A stretch of DNA of 32,000 nucleotides, taken from NCBI GenBank assembly GCA_001430755.1, contig CP013062.1:1020001-1052000 (forward strand), written 5' to 3'. This document shows, in pieces, positions 9,262 to 17,375 of this stretch. The notes beneath the pieces were generated by a model. It did no database searches. It was not told the origin of the DNA and worked only from the letters and a program-made list of their open reading frames with translations. Origin of the DNA: Candidatus Peribacter riflensis (lineage in GTDB: Bacteria > Patescibacteriota > Gracilibacteria > Peribacterales > Peribacteraceae). How positions within the stretch are numbered: the first letter of the stretch is position 1; the number at the start of each line of letters is the position of its first letter. The position numbers and the translations under genes are program-made.

Positions 9262-10004
9262 TCATGACAAAAAAAGAATCCGCACCGCTGATCGAAACGA
9301 GAAACTTGTACAAATCCTACTTCAATGAAGAAGTTGAGACTCCCGTGCTCTTCGACATCAATGTGCGCATCGATGCCGGGGAATTCGTGGCGATCATGGG
9401 ACCCTCAGGTTCCGGCAAATCGACGCTGATGCACATTCTGGGGTTTCTGGACGTGCCGACGAAGGGCCACTTCCACTTCAAGGGGGAAGCGACGGAGGAG
9501 AAGAGCGAGGACGAACTCGCCCGTATCCGCTCCTCGAGCGTCAGCTTCGTCTTCCAGTCGTTCAACCTCCTCCCGAGGACATCGGTGATCGACAATGTCA
9601 CGCTGCCCCTGCTCTACCACAGCGGGACAAAACCGACGGAGAGACGTGAAAAGGCCCTGAAGGCCATCAAGGCCGTGGGGCTGACGGATCGCGCAACCTA
9701 TCTCAGTAACCAGCTCTCGGGCGGGCAGCAGCAGCGTGTGGCCATCGCCAGAGCACTCGTCACCGAACCGGAAGTGATCTTCGCCGATGAGCCGACAGGC
9801 AACCTCGATTCCGCCTCAGGGAAACACGTGATGGAAATCCTGCAGAACCTGCATGATGAAGGGCACACGATCATCCTGGTGACGCACGAGAAGACGACCG
9901 CGGAACACGCGGCGCGCATCATCCGCATCATGGATGGCCGCATCGTGGCGGATGACCATGCATTTGAGCGTCGCATCGCAAAGAACCTGAAAGAACTTAA
10001 ATAA
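9258..10004 (+). CDS. ABC transporter ATP-binding protein (MacB/LolD/FtsE-like)
   Basis: Walker [10 protein letters not shown], signature [15 protein letters not shown], Walker [14 protein letters not shown]-loop VTHE. Confidence 0.95.
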   Translation: MIMTKKESAPLIETRNLYKSYFNEEVETPVLFDINVRIDAGEFVAIMGPSGSGKSTLMHILGFLDVPTKGHFHFKGEATEEKSEDELARIRSSSVSFVFQSFNLLPRTSVIDNVTLPLLYHSGTKPTERREKALKAIKAVGLTDRATYLSNQLSGGQQQRVAIARALVTEPEVIFADEPTGNLDSASGKHVMEILQNLHDEGHTIILVTHEKTTAEHAARIIRIMDGRIVADDHAFERRIAKNLKELK

Positions 10005-10013
10005 CGCCAACGC

Positions 10014-11252
10014 ATGCAACTCCGCGATACCGTCACCATCGCGCTCAAGGCAGTGAGGGGCAATAGAGCCCGCTCGCTCCTCACGATGCTCGGCATCATC
10101 ATTGGGGTAGGGGCAGTCGTGCTCATGACGAGCGTGGGCGAGAGCATGCAGAGCGTCATCCTGGGCCAGATCAGCGCTCTCGGCCCCAAAACCGTTGCCC
10201 TCTGGCCGGGAAAGAACGGACCGGAGGAAGGGGGCTCTTTTCTCAACCCTGATTTTGACAGCATTACCATCAGCGACATTGACGCGCTCCGCCGTCTCAA
10301 CACGATTGCGCATGTCACCCCCATCATCTTCATGGAGGGAAAAGTATCGTACGGCACTGAGGAATCTGATGCGGCAGTGAGCGGGATGACGCCCGATTCC
10401 TACATCAACCAGCCGGTAGTCGCGACCGAGGGGCGGCTGCACGATGAGCAGGATGAGCTCGATGGACGCCAGGTGGCCGTGCTCGGACCGGACACCGCGC
10501 GCGACCTGTTCGGTAACGCGAGCCCCATCGGCAAACGCATCGACATCGGGAACCAGAAGTACACGGTCATCGGCGTATTGGAAGCGAAGGGCTCGCAGTT
10601 CTTCCAGAATATGGATGAACGCATCATCGTCCCCTTCGAAACGGCACGAGTCACGACACGGCAATCCTACGTGGATATGGCAACCACCACGGCAACAGGG
10701 GATCCGGCGGATGCCATGAATGACATCCGGTTCCTGCTGCGGCGGCGCCACAGCATCGTGCCTCCCGCCACCGGCATCGAGACGGATAACGATGACTTTC
10801 TGGTCCGCAGTTCCGAACAGGCGCAAGAAATCCTCGGCACAGTCTCTTTCAGCCTGACGGCGTTCATTACGATGATCGCGACGATCTCGCTAGTGGTCGG
10901 CGGCATCGGCATCATGAACATCATGCTGGTTGCCGTCACGGAGCGGACGCGTGAAATCGGCCTCAGAAAGGCGCTTGGCGCGCGGCGCAATGACATCCTG
11001 ATGCAATTCCTCATCGAGGCCGTTGTCCTGACCATTATCGGCGGCATCATCGGTCTTCTCCTGGGCTTGGGTCTGAATGCCATGATTGTCGGCATTGCCC
11101 GAAAGTTTCTGGAACGCTACATCTTTGCCGTCAATATCACCGCGATGATCGCCGCTCTACTCATGGCAGCAGGCACAGGACTCATCTTCGGCATTTACCC
11201 GGCCCGCAAGGCCGCGGAACTCAGCCCCATGGAAGCCCTTCGCTACGAATAA
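10014..11252 (+). CDS. ABC transporter permease, FtsX/MacB-type (paralog 1)
   Basis: N-terminal TM, large extracytoplasmic domain, and a C-terminal FtsX-like 3-TM bundle ([28 protein letters not shown]...[22 protein letters not shown]). Confidence 0.9.
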   Translation: MQLRDTVTIALKAVRGNRARSLLTMLGIIIGVGAVVLMTSVGESMQSVILGQISALGPKTVALWPGKNGPEEGGSFLNPDFDSITISDIDALRRLNTIAHVTPIIFMEGKVSYGTEESDAAVSGMTPDSYINQPVVATEGRLHDEQDELDGRQVAVLGPDTARDLFGNASPIGKRIDIGNQKYTVIGVLEAKGSQFFQNMDERIIVPFETARVTTRQSYVDMATTTATGDPADAMNDIRFLLRRRHSIVPPATGIETDNDDFLVRSSEQAQEILGTVSFSLTAFITMIATISLVVGGIGIMNIMLVAVTERTREIGLRKALGARRNDILMQFLIEAVVLTIIGGIIGLLLGLGLNAMIVGIARKFLERYIFAVNITAMIAALLMAAGTGLIFGIYPARKAAELSPMEALRYE

Positions 11253-11285
11253 CCCGTCTTCTCGCTCCGCTTCGCCGCGGTCCCT

Positions 11286-12503
11286 ATGCGCACCCAAGAC
11301 ACCCTACGCTCGGCCACCGAAGGACTCACCCGCAACATCTCGCGGTCACTCTTAACGACGCTCGGCGTCATCATCGGCGTGGGATCAGTGGTGCTGATGG
11401 TATCAGTCGGCACGACATTCGAACGATACATCCTGGATCAGGTGAGTTCTTTCAGTGGCAACACATTTGAAATACAACCAAAAGGCATGGAGCAAATCGG
11501 CAAGAACATGAATACGCTTACCGAAGCGGATGCCGAAGCCCTCGACAAGCTCTCCACGGTTCAGAACGTCACGAAGGCAATATTCATTGCACAGAAAGTG
11601 AAATACGGATCAGAGGAGGAAACTCCCATGGTGCTCGGGACATCCAAGGAAATTTTCACGAACTGGTCGCTGAAGATCCAGGAGGGGCGATTGCTGACGG
11701 ATGGCGACCTGAAAGGGGGACAGAATGTGGCGGTCATCGGTCCGCAAATAGCCGAGAATCTGTTTGGCAATGCCGACCCCCTGGGCAAGCGCATCAGTGT
11801 GGGAGAGCAAAAATTCACCGTCGTCGGCGTTCTCAAGGGACTCGGGGGCATGATGGGCACGCAAATGGATAGAATGATTTACGTTCCGTATACCGTGGCG
11901 AAGACGATGACGAGCAAAGGACAGTACGTGGATTACATTTCTGTGCAGGCAGTAGGAAGCGTTGAGCTGGCAGAAGAAGATATCAAATCTCTGCTCCGTC
12001 AGCGCCATGATCTTGATAATCCCGAGAATGATCCCGACAAAGATGATTTCATCGCACGCTCCTTTGAACAGGCGATGGATATCGTCGGCACGGTGACTCT
12101 CTCCATCACGATCTTCCTCGGCCTCATCGCCGGCATATCACTCGTCGTGGGCGGCATCGGCATCATGAACATCATGCTGGTGTCTGTCTCAGAGCGCACC
12201 AAGGAAATCGGTCTGCGCAAGGCAGTGGGGGCGCGACGGAAGGATATTCTGCTGCAATTCCTCATCGAAGCTGTGGCTCTCACGCTGCTCGGAGGCATCA
12301 TCGGCATCGTAGGCGGCGGTTTCTTCGGATTCCTGATCACGCGCCTTGCGGAGAAGTTTCTGGGGAGCCTCTCTTTCGCCCTCACCATTGGCTCAGTGGC
12401 ACTCGCACTCGGCATGGCCGTGGGGACGGGCCTCATCTTCGGGCTCTATCCCGCGCTGCGCGCGGCTAAACTGAGTCCCATTGAAGCGATGCGCTTTGAG
12501 TAG
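11286..12503 (+). CDS. ABC transporter permease, FtsX/MacB-type (paralog 2)
   Basis: Same architecture and motifs as the upstream paralog ([28 protein letters not shown]...LYPALRAAKLSPIEAMRFE). Confidence 0.9.
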   Translation: MRTQDTLRSATEGLTRNISRSLLTTLGVIIGVGSVVLMVSVGTTFERYILDQVSSFSGNTFEIQPKGMEQIGKNMNTLTEADAEALDKLSTVQNVTKAIFIAQKVKYGSEEETPMVLGTSKEIFTNWSLKIQEGRLLTDGDLKGGQNVAVIGPQIAENLFGNADPLGKRISVGEQKFTVVGVLKGLGGMMGTQMDRMIYVPYTVAKTMTSKGQYVDYISVQAVGSVELAEEDIKSLLRQRHDLDNPENDPDKDDFIARSFEQAMDIVGTVTLSITIFLGLIAGISLVVGGIGIMNIMLVSVSERTKEIGLRKAVGARRKDILLQFLIEAVALTLLGGIIGIVGGGFFGFLITRLAEKFLGSLSFALTIGSVALALGMAVGTGLIFGLYPALRAAKLSPIEAMRFE

Positions 12504-12525
12504 CCAAAAACAGACCTCTTGCACG

Positions 12526-12541
12526 CTCGATAAATATCGAG
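12526..12541. promoter_or_regulatory. Operator-like perfect palindrome CTCGATA-AA-TATCGAG
   Basis: 7-bp arms with a 2-nt spacer, too tight for an RNA hairpin and so more consistent with a dimeric DNA-binding site. Located 34 nt upstream of the Cys-rich micro-ORF. Confidence 0.25.
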
Positions 12542-12574
12542 GGACAATGTCTCCTTCCTTCCTCTTCTTATGCT

Positions 12575-12694
12575 ATGGAAGTGATCACTTGTGAGTTCTG
12601 TGACGAGACGATCTGCAAAGAGTGCAGCGGGTGCGGGTGCGACGAGAATGCGTGCACCTGCGACCTGACCCCCAAAGATGCAGACGAGGAATGA
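12575..12694 (+). CDS. Unannotated micro-ORF: 39-aa acidic, Cys-rich peptide MEVITCEFCDETICKECSGCGCDENACTCDLTPKDADEE
   Basis: Translated by hand; it is below the 60-aa cutoff of the track. 8 Cys in the pattern C-x2-C-x4-C-x2-C-x2-C-x-C-x4-C-x-C. It is the only plausible coding feature in the 230-nt spacer 12504-12733. No clear promoter or SD. Confidence 0.4.
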   Translation: MEVITCEFCDETICKECSGCGCDENACTCDLTPKDADEE

Positions 12695-12733
12695 TGGCGC
12701 GCACTCCACCCGAAGAGGACGTATACTGAGGTC

Positions 12734-13135
12734 ATGTTGAAATTGCTCACGTTCGTCTGCTTTCTCGCCGCACAGGTCATCATCACCTGGTATGGGCACT
12801 TTCTGGGGAAAGTTCCGGCGCGCGGATCGGTGTTCGGCTGGTCCTATTCATCGCCAATTGCGGGGCTCCTCGTGACACTCATCGCGTTCATCTGGATCCC
12901 CGTCGTGATCAACCTGCTCTATGGGCTCGGCTTTCAGTGGGGCAACCGCGCCTTCGGGAGTTTTCTCGTGGTCATTGGGCTTTGGATCGCCGCAGCACCG
13001 ATCGCCGCACTCATCTTCAACTCCATCACTGTCGGCGAAAAGCCCGACGTGCCGCTGCTGATCGGGCTCCTCCTCATTACGACGGGTAGCATTCTGGTTG
13101 CGGCTCACCGGGAAATCGCCCTGCTCCTGCCATGA
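12734..13135 (+). CDS. Small integral membrane protein (about 4 TM)
   Basis: Hydrophobic segments throughout. TATACT (12722-12727) lies 6 nt before the ATG. Its stop overlaps the next ATG (ATGA). Confidence 0.7.
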   Translation: MLKLLTFVCFLAAQVIITWYGHFLGKVPARGSVFGWSYSSPIAGLLVTLIAFIWIPVVINLLYGLGFQWGNRAFGSFLVVIGLWIAAAPIAALIFNSITVGEKPDVPLLIGLLLITTGSILVAAHREIALLLP

Positions 13136-13479
13136 CACACCAGCCACTCGGAGGATGGCGGTCTCGCTTCCGGTGTACTGAGTATGATGTCCTCGAAGCC
13201 TTTCGGGCAACTGCTGCCGGCATACGTGTGCTCACGCAGGCTGTGGAAGGAGGAATGACAAAAGAGAGCGCCAGTTACCTGGCCGGCCGCCTGCATGAGC
13301 AGCGGGAACTGATCCGGCAGATCATGACGCGCAGAGACTGGCAGCGCGTGCGGCATTTACTCGGCATCCACCAGAGACAGCGGAGGCGATTTCTGAACGC
13401 GGCAGAAGAACAGGGTTTCGACGTGCAGACACTGAGTACGCACTGTCGCGCGCACATCGCCTCATTGCTGGAGAAGTGA
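13132..13479 (+). CDS. Hypothetical protein (115 aa), translationally coupled to the membrane protein
   Basis: ATGA overlap with 12734..13135. Basic, helical-looking sequence with no recognisable domain. Confidence 0.5.
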   Translation: MTHQPLGGWRSRFRCTEYDVLEAFRATAAGIRVLTQAVEGGMTKESASYLAGRLHEQRELIRQIMTRRDWQRVRHLLGIHQRQRRRFLNAAEEQGFDVQTLSTHCRAHIASLLEK

Positions 13480-13508
13480 GAGGAGAAGCCCCTGTCGCCC
13501 ATGAGGGC

Positions 13509-14261
13509 TTACTTCAGCTCGTAGATGAGCGAGACCGAGACTTGAATTTCCTGCTCGCCTGTAGGCACGGGGACGGAAGGCATGGGGGCCCCGCCGCCAA
13601 CGGCTTCCATCGTCACATTCGCCTTGCGGTAATCCATGTCTAAGGCGTAGCCGCCTCCTTCAGAGAATCCCTTGAGTCTCTTGATCTTCTTGCCCAGCTG
13701 GGCTGCAAGCTCCTGTGCCTTGACCTCCGCCTTCGCAATCGCCTTCGCGCGCGCGGCAGCACGCAGAGCCTCGGGATCATCCATGGTGAAATCCACGCCG
13801 CCAACCTGATTCACCCCTTCGGCCGTCACGGCCGCGAGCAGATCGCCGATCTTGTCCAAGTCCCGCACCTTCACATGCAGGGACTGTGTGGCCTGGAACC
13901 CGCGGGGAATCTGCCGACCTTCGTTCCAATCGTATTCCGGCTGCAGCGAGAGGGAATCCGTCGTGACATCCTTCTCTTCAATCCCCTGCTGTTTCACAAC
14001 AGCCACAATGCCTGTCATCTTCTCAGTGAGAAGCTTCATCGCCTGCTGCGCGCTCGATTGCCTCCCCGTCTGGACACCGAAACTCACGACAGCGATATCG
14101 GGCACCGCCGATGCCTTGCCGGTACTCTCAACGGAAATGGTCATGGGCGAGAAATCTCGCTGCTCAATGACCTTGCCTGTGAGGTAGAACCCTCCGGCAA
14201 CGACGATGAGAAGAACAGAAAGCCAGCAGGCCGGCTTGTTGGAACAACACGTATTTTCCAT
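13509..14261 (-). CDS. SIMPL/DUF541-family secreted or membrane-anchored protein
   Basis: N-terminal TM, then the typical SIMPL pattern (GKASAVPDIAVVSFGVQT...AMKLLTEKMTGIV...GFQATQSLHVKVRDLDKIGDLL...PTGEQEIQVSVSLIYEL). Confidence 0.8.
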   Translation of the reverse strand: MENTCCSNKPACWLSVLLIVVAGGFYLTGKVIEQRDFSPMTISVESTGKASAVPDIAVVSFGVQTGRQSSAQQAMKLLTEKMTGIVAVVKQQGIEEKDVTTDSLSLQPEYDWNEGRQIPRGFQATQSLHVKVRDLDKIGDLLAAVTAEGVNQVGGVDFTMDDPEALRAAARAKAIAKAEVKAQELAAQLGKKIKRLKGFSEGGGYALDMDYRKANVTMEAVGGGAPMPSVPVPTGEQEIQVSVSLIYELK

Positions 14262-14344
14262 GATGAGGAGAAGGGAAAGGAATTGTCATGATAGAGCATC
14301 GCGCCGAAAAAGGGTAGGGGGATGGAGCCGCTTCGCACTGCGCT

Positions 14345-15106
14345 TCAGGAGCTCTTTTTGTTCCGGTACCGTGCAAATCCTTCGCGCTCGAGAGCCCGTG
14401 CCAGGGCGGGGCCGCCGCTCTCCACGATTGTGCCTGCGAGCATCACATGCACGTGATCGGGGTGGAGAATGGTGAGGAACCGCACATTGTGCGTGACAAG
14501 CAGGGCTGCAAAAGACGCGTGGCGGGCGCGGAGAGCGTGCAGCCCGTCGGCTACCACGCGCAACGCGTCGAGATCCAGCCCCGAATCGGTCTCATCGAGC
14601 AGTGCGAGTTTCGGCTCCAGAACAAGAAGTTGGAGGATCTCGAGTTTCTTCTTCTCGCCACCCGAAAATCCGCGGTGCACGGGCCGGTCCTCCCAGGAAG
14701 GATCGATCTTGAGGAGCGCGATCTCCTGCGCCAGGCGATCATGAAATTGCAGGGGGGTGAGCTTTTTCTTCTGCGCCGTCAGTGCGGCGTACAGAAACTG
14801 ACGAACACTCACCCCGGCGATTTCGCGCGGGTGCTGAAAAGCCAGAAAGAGCCCGGCCTGCGCGCGCTCATGGGGGGCCAAACTCAAAAGATCTGCTCCT
14901 GCAAAACGCACTTTTCCCGCAGAAACATGCAGGTTGGGGTGCCCCATCAGCGCATGGGCGAGCGACGATTTGCCCGCACCATTCGGCCCCATGAGTACAT
15001 GAAGTTCTCCGGGCCGGATGGCGAGCGACACGCCGCGAACGACTTGTTTACCGGCCACGGATACGTGGAGATCCTGAAGCGAAAGAATGGGGCTGCGCTG
15101 AACCAT
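14345..15106 (-). CDS. sufC: Fe-S cluster assembly ATPase SufC
   Basis: ORF 14345..15184 trimmed to Met27 (MVQRSPILSLQDLHV). Walker A GPNGAGKSS, signature FSGGEKKK, Walker B LALLDETDSGLD. TATACT lies 6 nt upstream of this ATG. Confidence 0.92.
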   Translation of the reverse strand: MVQRSPILSLQDLHVSVAGKQVVRGVSLAIRPGELHVLMGPNGAGKSSLAHALMGHPNLHVSAGKVRFAGADLLSLAPHERAQAGLFLAFQHPREIAGVSVRQFLYAALTAQKKKLTPLQFHDRLAQEIALLKIDPSWEDRPVHRGFSGGEKKKLEILQLLVLEPKLALLDETDSGLDLDALRVVADGLHALRARHASFAALLVTHNVRFLTILHPDHVHVMLAGTIVESGGPALARALEREGFARYRNKKSS

Positions 15107-15177
15107 ACGAAAAGTATACAGGGGGAAAAGACGAAAAATCTCTACATTGCAGCGCACAATTCCTGCATACTGCCGAC

Positions 15178-15459
15178 ATGCCAAAAATCACCTTTATCGT
15201 GAACGGTCAGCAAAAGATCGTAGATGCCCAGCCAGAAGAGACGATTCTGCAGGCAGCGCAGGCCAATGCCATCCCTATGGAGAGCGCCTGCGGCGGTAAT
15301 GGGTTCTGTACCACGTGCAAATGCCATGTGCGCGCGGGCATGGAGCATGTAAGCCCCCCCAACGAACGCGAAGAAATGATGGGCATGGGCAATGACGAAC
15401 GCCTGGGCTGCCAGGCCACGGTGAAAGGGGATGTGACAGTGGAACTGGAAGCGATTTAA
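15178..15459 (+). CDS. 2Fe-2S ferredoxin
   Basis: 93 aa with C-x5-C-x2-C (ACGGNGFCTTCKC) plus a distal Cys (LGCQATV). Divergent from sufC. Confidence 0.88.
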   Translation: MPKITFIVNGQQKIVDAQPEETILQAAQANAIPMESACGGNGFCTTCKCHVRAGMEHVSPPNEREEMMGMGNDERLGCQATVKGDVTVELEAI

Positions 15460-16220
15460 GTCCGCGCGAGTGCAGACAATTTCTCCTTCACGGATTCGTC
15501 GTACGGCTCCAGTTTGTTGATGCGGCGGTACACCTCTCCGGCCTGGTCGGCGTGCCCCAATTGCAAATAGCACTCTGCAAGAAGGTGGAGGAGCGTCGTA
15601 TCGCGATTCAGGCGCACCACTGCTTTCTCTATAAGGGGCACTGCCTCTTCGTAGCGTTGCGCGGCAATGCATGCGCGCCCGAGTGCGGCGCTGCGGTCGG
15701 GCGATTTGGGATCGCGATTCAGAGCCTCCTGGTAGGAATGGCACGCTTCCACATACTTGCCCTGCCGGTAGTAGGCCAATCCGAGATTGGCAAAGTAGGA
15801 CACATCATCGCGGTGTTGCAGAAGCTCGCGGTACATCGCCTCGGCTTTGTGATCGCGATCGGTGAGAAGGTAGAGCTTGGCCAGCTGGGCCTGCACATCG
15901 AAAGCCTTTGGATTGATCGTGAGCGCCTGAATGAAGAGGCGCTCGGCCTCGTCGTACTTGAGTTGGGCCAGGGCCTTCTCTGCGTCACGCGTGAGTGAGC
16001 GCACCTGTTGCATTTCAATCGCCGACACCCGGGGACTCTTGCGCGGCTTTTCGATAACAGTCTCTTCGAGAATGACAGCCCCACGCTCCCCGGCAGACTC
16101 CGTGCGCTTGCAGACACTCCGCACAAACCGGCGTACCGCATGGTGACGGACGAGCACGCGCCCGCCCAGAATCAGGCAGATTCCGAAGAGAGAGCCGAAG
16201 AGGACGTAGACGTAGACCAT
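15456..16220 (-). CDS. TPR-repeat protein with an N-terminal membrane anchor
   Basis: ORF trimmed to Met37 (MVYVYVLFGSLFGICLILGG). Repeated TPR-like 34-aa units (AERLFIQALTINPKAFDVQAQLAKLY..., YVEACHSYQEALNRDPK..., YEEAVPLIEKAV...). Confidence 0.8.
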   Translation of the reverse strand: MVYVYVLFGSLFGICLILGGRVLVRHHAVRRFVRSVCKRTESAGERGAVILEETVIEKPRKSPRVSAIEMQQVRSLTRDAEKALAQLKYDEAERLFIQALTINPKAFDVQAQLAKLYLLTDRDHKAEAMYRELLQHRDDVSYFANLGLAYYRQGKYVEACHSYQEALNRDPKSPDRSAALGRACIAAQRYEEAVPLIEKAVVRLNRDTTLLHLLAECYLQLGHADQAGEVYRRINKLEPYDESVKEKLSALART

Positions 16221-16243
16221 ACAAATGAATGATTGACTCCGCT

Positions 16244-16280
16244 CCTTCTCTCCCCCGCAGGGAAGAGACAGAGTGAGGGG
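16244..16280 (+). repeat. GC-rich REP-like hairpin element, family copy 1 (CCTTCTCTCCCC-cgca-GGGAAGAGA..AGTGAGGGG)
   Basis: Shares the layout C-rich arm / short loop / G-rich arm / (A)GGTGAGGGG tail with 20381-20417 and 27619-27660, all in the same orientation. Lies in the holB-TPR spacer. Confidence 0.6.
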
Positions 16281-16381
16281 ACCGCAGGGTAGGATCTGAA
16301 GTGCAAGAAGATCCCTATCAAGCGGCAAAAGAGGCTAGCATCCGATCCGCAGACGGGCAAGGCTGTAAGGGAAGAATCCCC

Positions 16382-17362
16382 TCACGAGACGCGCAAAGCA
16401 AAGCGCTGTGTCATGAGCCCGCGGTGCGCATTGGTCCTCAGGCCCTGAGCCAGCTCGTGGAGGGCATGTACCCATGCTCCGGACGCAGGAGATTGCTCGC
16501 GAAGCGCCAGAGCGAGGTGGAGGAGAAGTTGATCGGCCTCCTCGCCGCGTTCCGTCAGCGGATCAAGGATCTGCAGGCGCTCTTTGAGCGAACGCGTGCG
16601 CCAGAAAGATACGGCTTTTGTGTGCACAAGCCGATGAATGCGAAGCGCCTCCGGATCATGCTTGAGTTCCTGCGCAACGCCAGGGGCACCCTGCGCCAGA
16701 TGCAGGATGAACTGCCGGTCTTCCTCGTTCACTCCATCGAGGAGCGGAAGCAACTCGGGACGGGAGAGCGGATGGAAACGAAACACGCGCATGCGCGAAA
16801 CGACGGTGGGGAGGAGCGACGAAAGTGCTTGGGTGGTAAAGATGAAGACGAGAGAAGGCGGCGGCTCCTCGAGAATTTTGAGGAGGGCGTTGGCCGCTTC
16901 GGACTGCATGCGTTCTGCTGAGCGGATGATGCAGCACCGGTACTTTCCGGTCGCTGTCTCCTGCAGTCTCTCCTGCAGTGCACGAATATCATCAATGCCG
17001 ATCGTATCGGTCTTCACTTTCTTCTTTTCACGTTCCTGCTGCGGTGCATTGGATGTCTGCGCGATCGTGCCCCAATCTTCGCACTGATCGGCAATCCAGA
17101 GCTGGTCCAAAACGAAGAGATCGGAGTGCGTCATCCGTTCGCAGGCATGACGTACGTGCTCTTCTGCTTCTTCAGGCACACCGGCACTGAGCAGCCGGAG
17201 CGCGAACCATCGCGCCAGCGTCATCTTGCCCAGATGCCGCGGCCCCGCGAAGAGATAGGCATGGCTGACATTCTCCGTTTCAAGATCATGCTCCAGCTGC
17301 GCGCGAACGGCGTGATGGCCGACGATATCCTTAGGCCTCAGCATGGGAAACCATGGTACCAC
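16382..17362 (-). CDS. holB: DNA polymerase III delta' subunit (clamp-loader AAA+)
   Basis: HAYLFAGPRHLGKMTLARWFA (P-loop-like), ...KYRCCIIRSAERM..ANALLKILEEPP... (DEXX/sensor region), and the FIFTT motif typical of HolB. Confidence 0.85.
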   Translation of the reverse strand: MVPWFPMLRPKDIVGHHAVRAQLEHDLETENVSHAYLFAGPRHLGKMTLARWFALRLLSAGVPEEAEEHVRHACERMTHSDLFVLDQLWIADQCEDWGTIAQTSNAPQQEREKKKVKTDTIGIDDIRALQERLQETATGKYRCCIIRSAERMQSEAANALLKILEEPPPSLVFIFTTQALSSLLPTVVSRMRVFRFHPLSRPELLPLLDGVNEEDRQFILHLAQGAPGVAQELKHDPEALRIHRLVHTKAVSFWRTRSLKERLQILDPLTERGEEADQLLLHLALALREQSPASGAWVHALHELAQGLRTNAHRGLMTQRFALRVS

Positions 17363-17375
17363 CTTTTAAAACGTC

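Noticed and set aside
12575-12694. Cys-rich micro-ORF considered as a SCIFF/ranthipeptide or lanthipeptide precursor.
   Set aside because: No radical-SAM or lanthionine synthetase gene is nearby, and the peptide lacks the usual leader/core organisation. Kept only as a generic Cys-rich peptide hypothesis.
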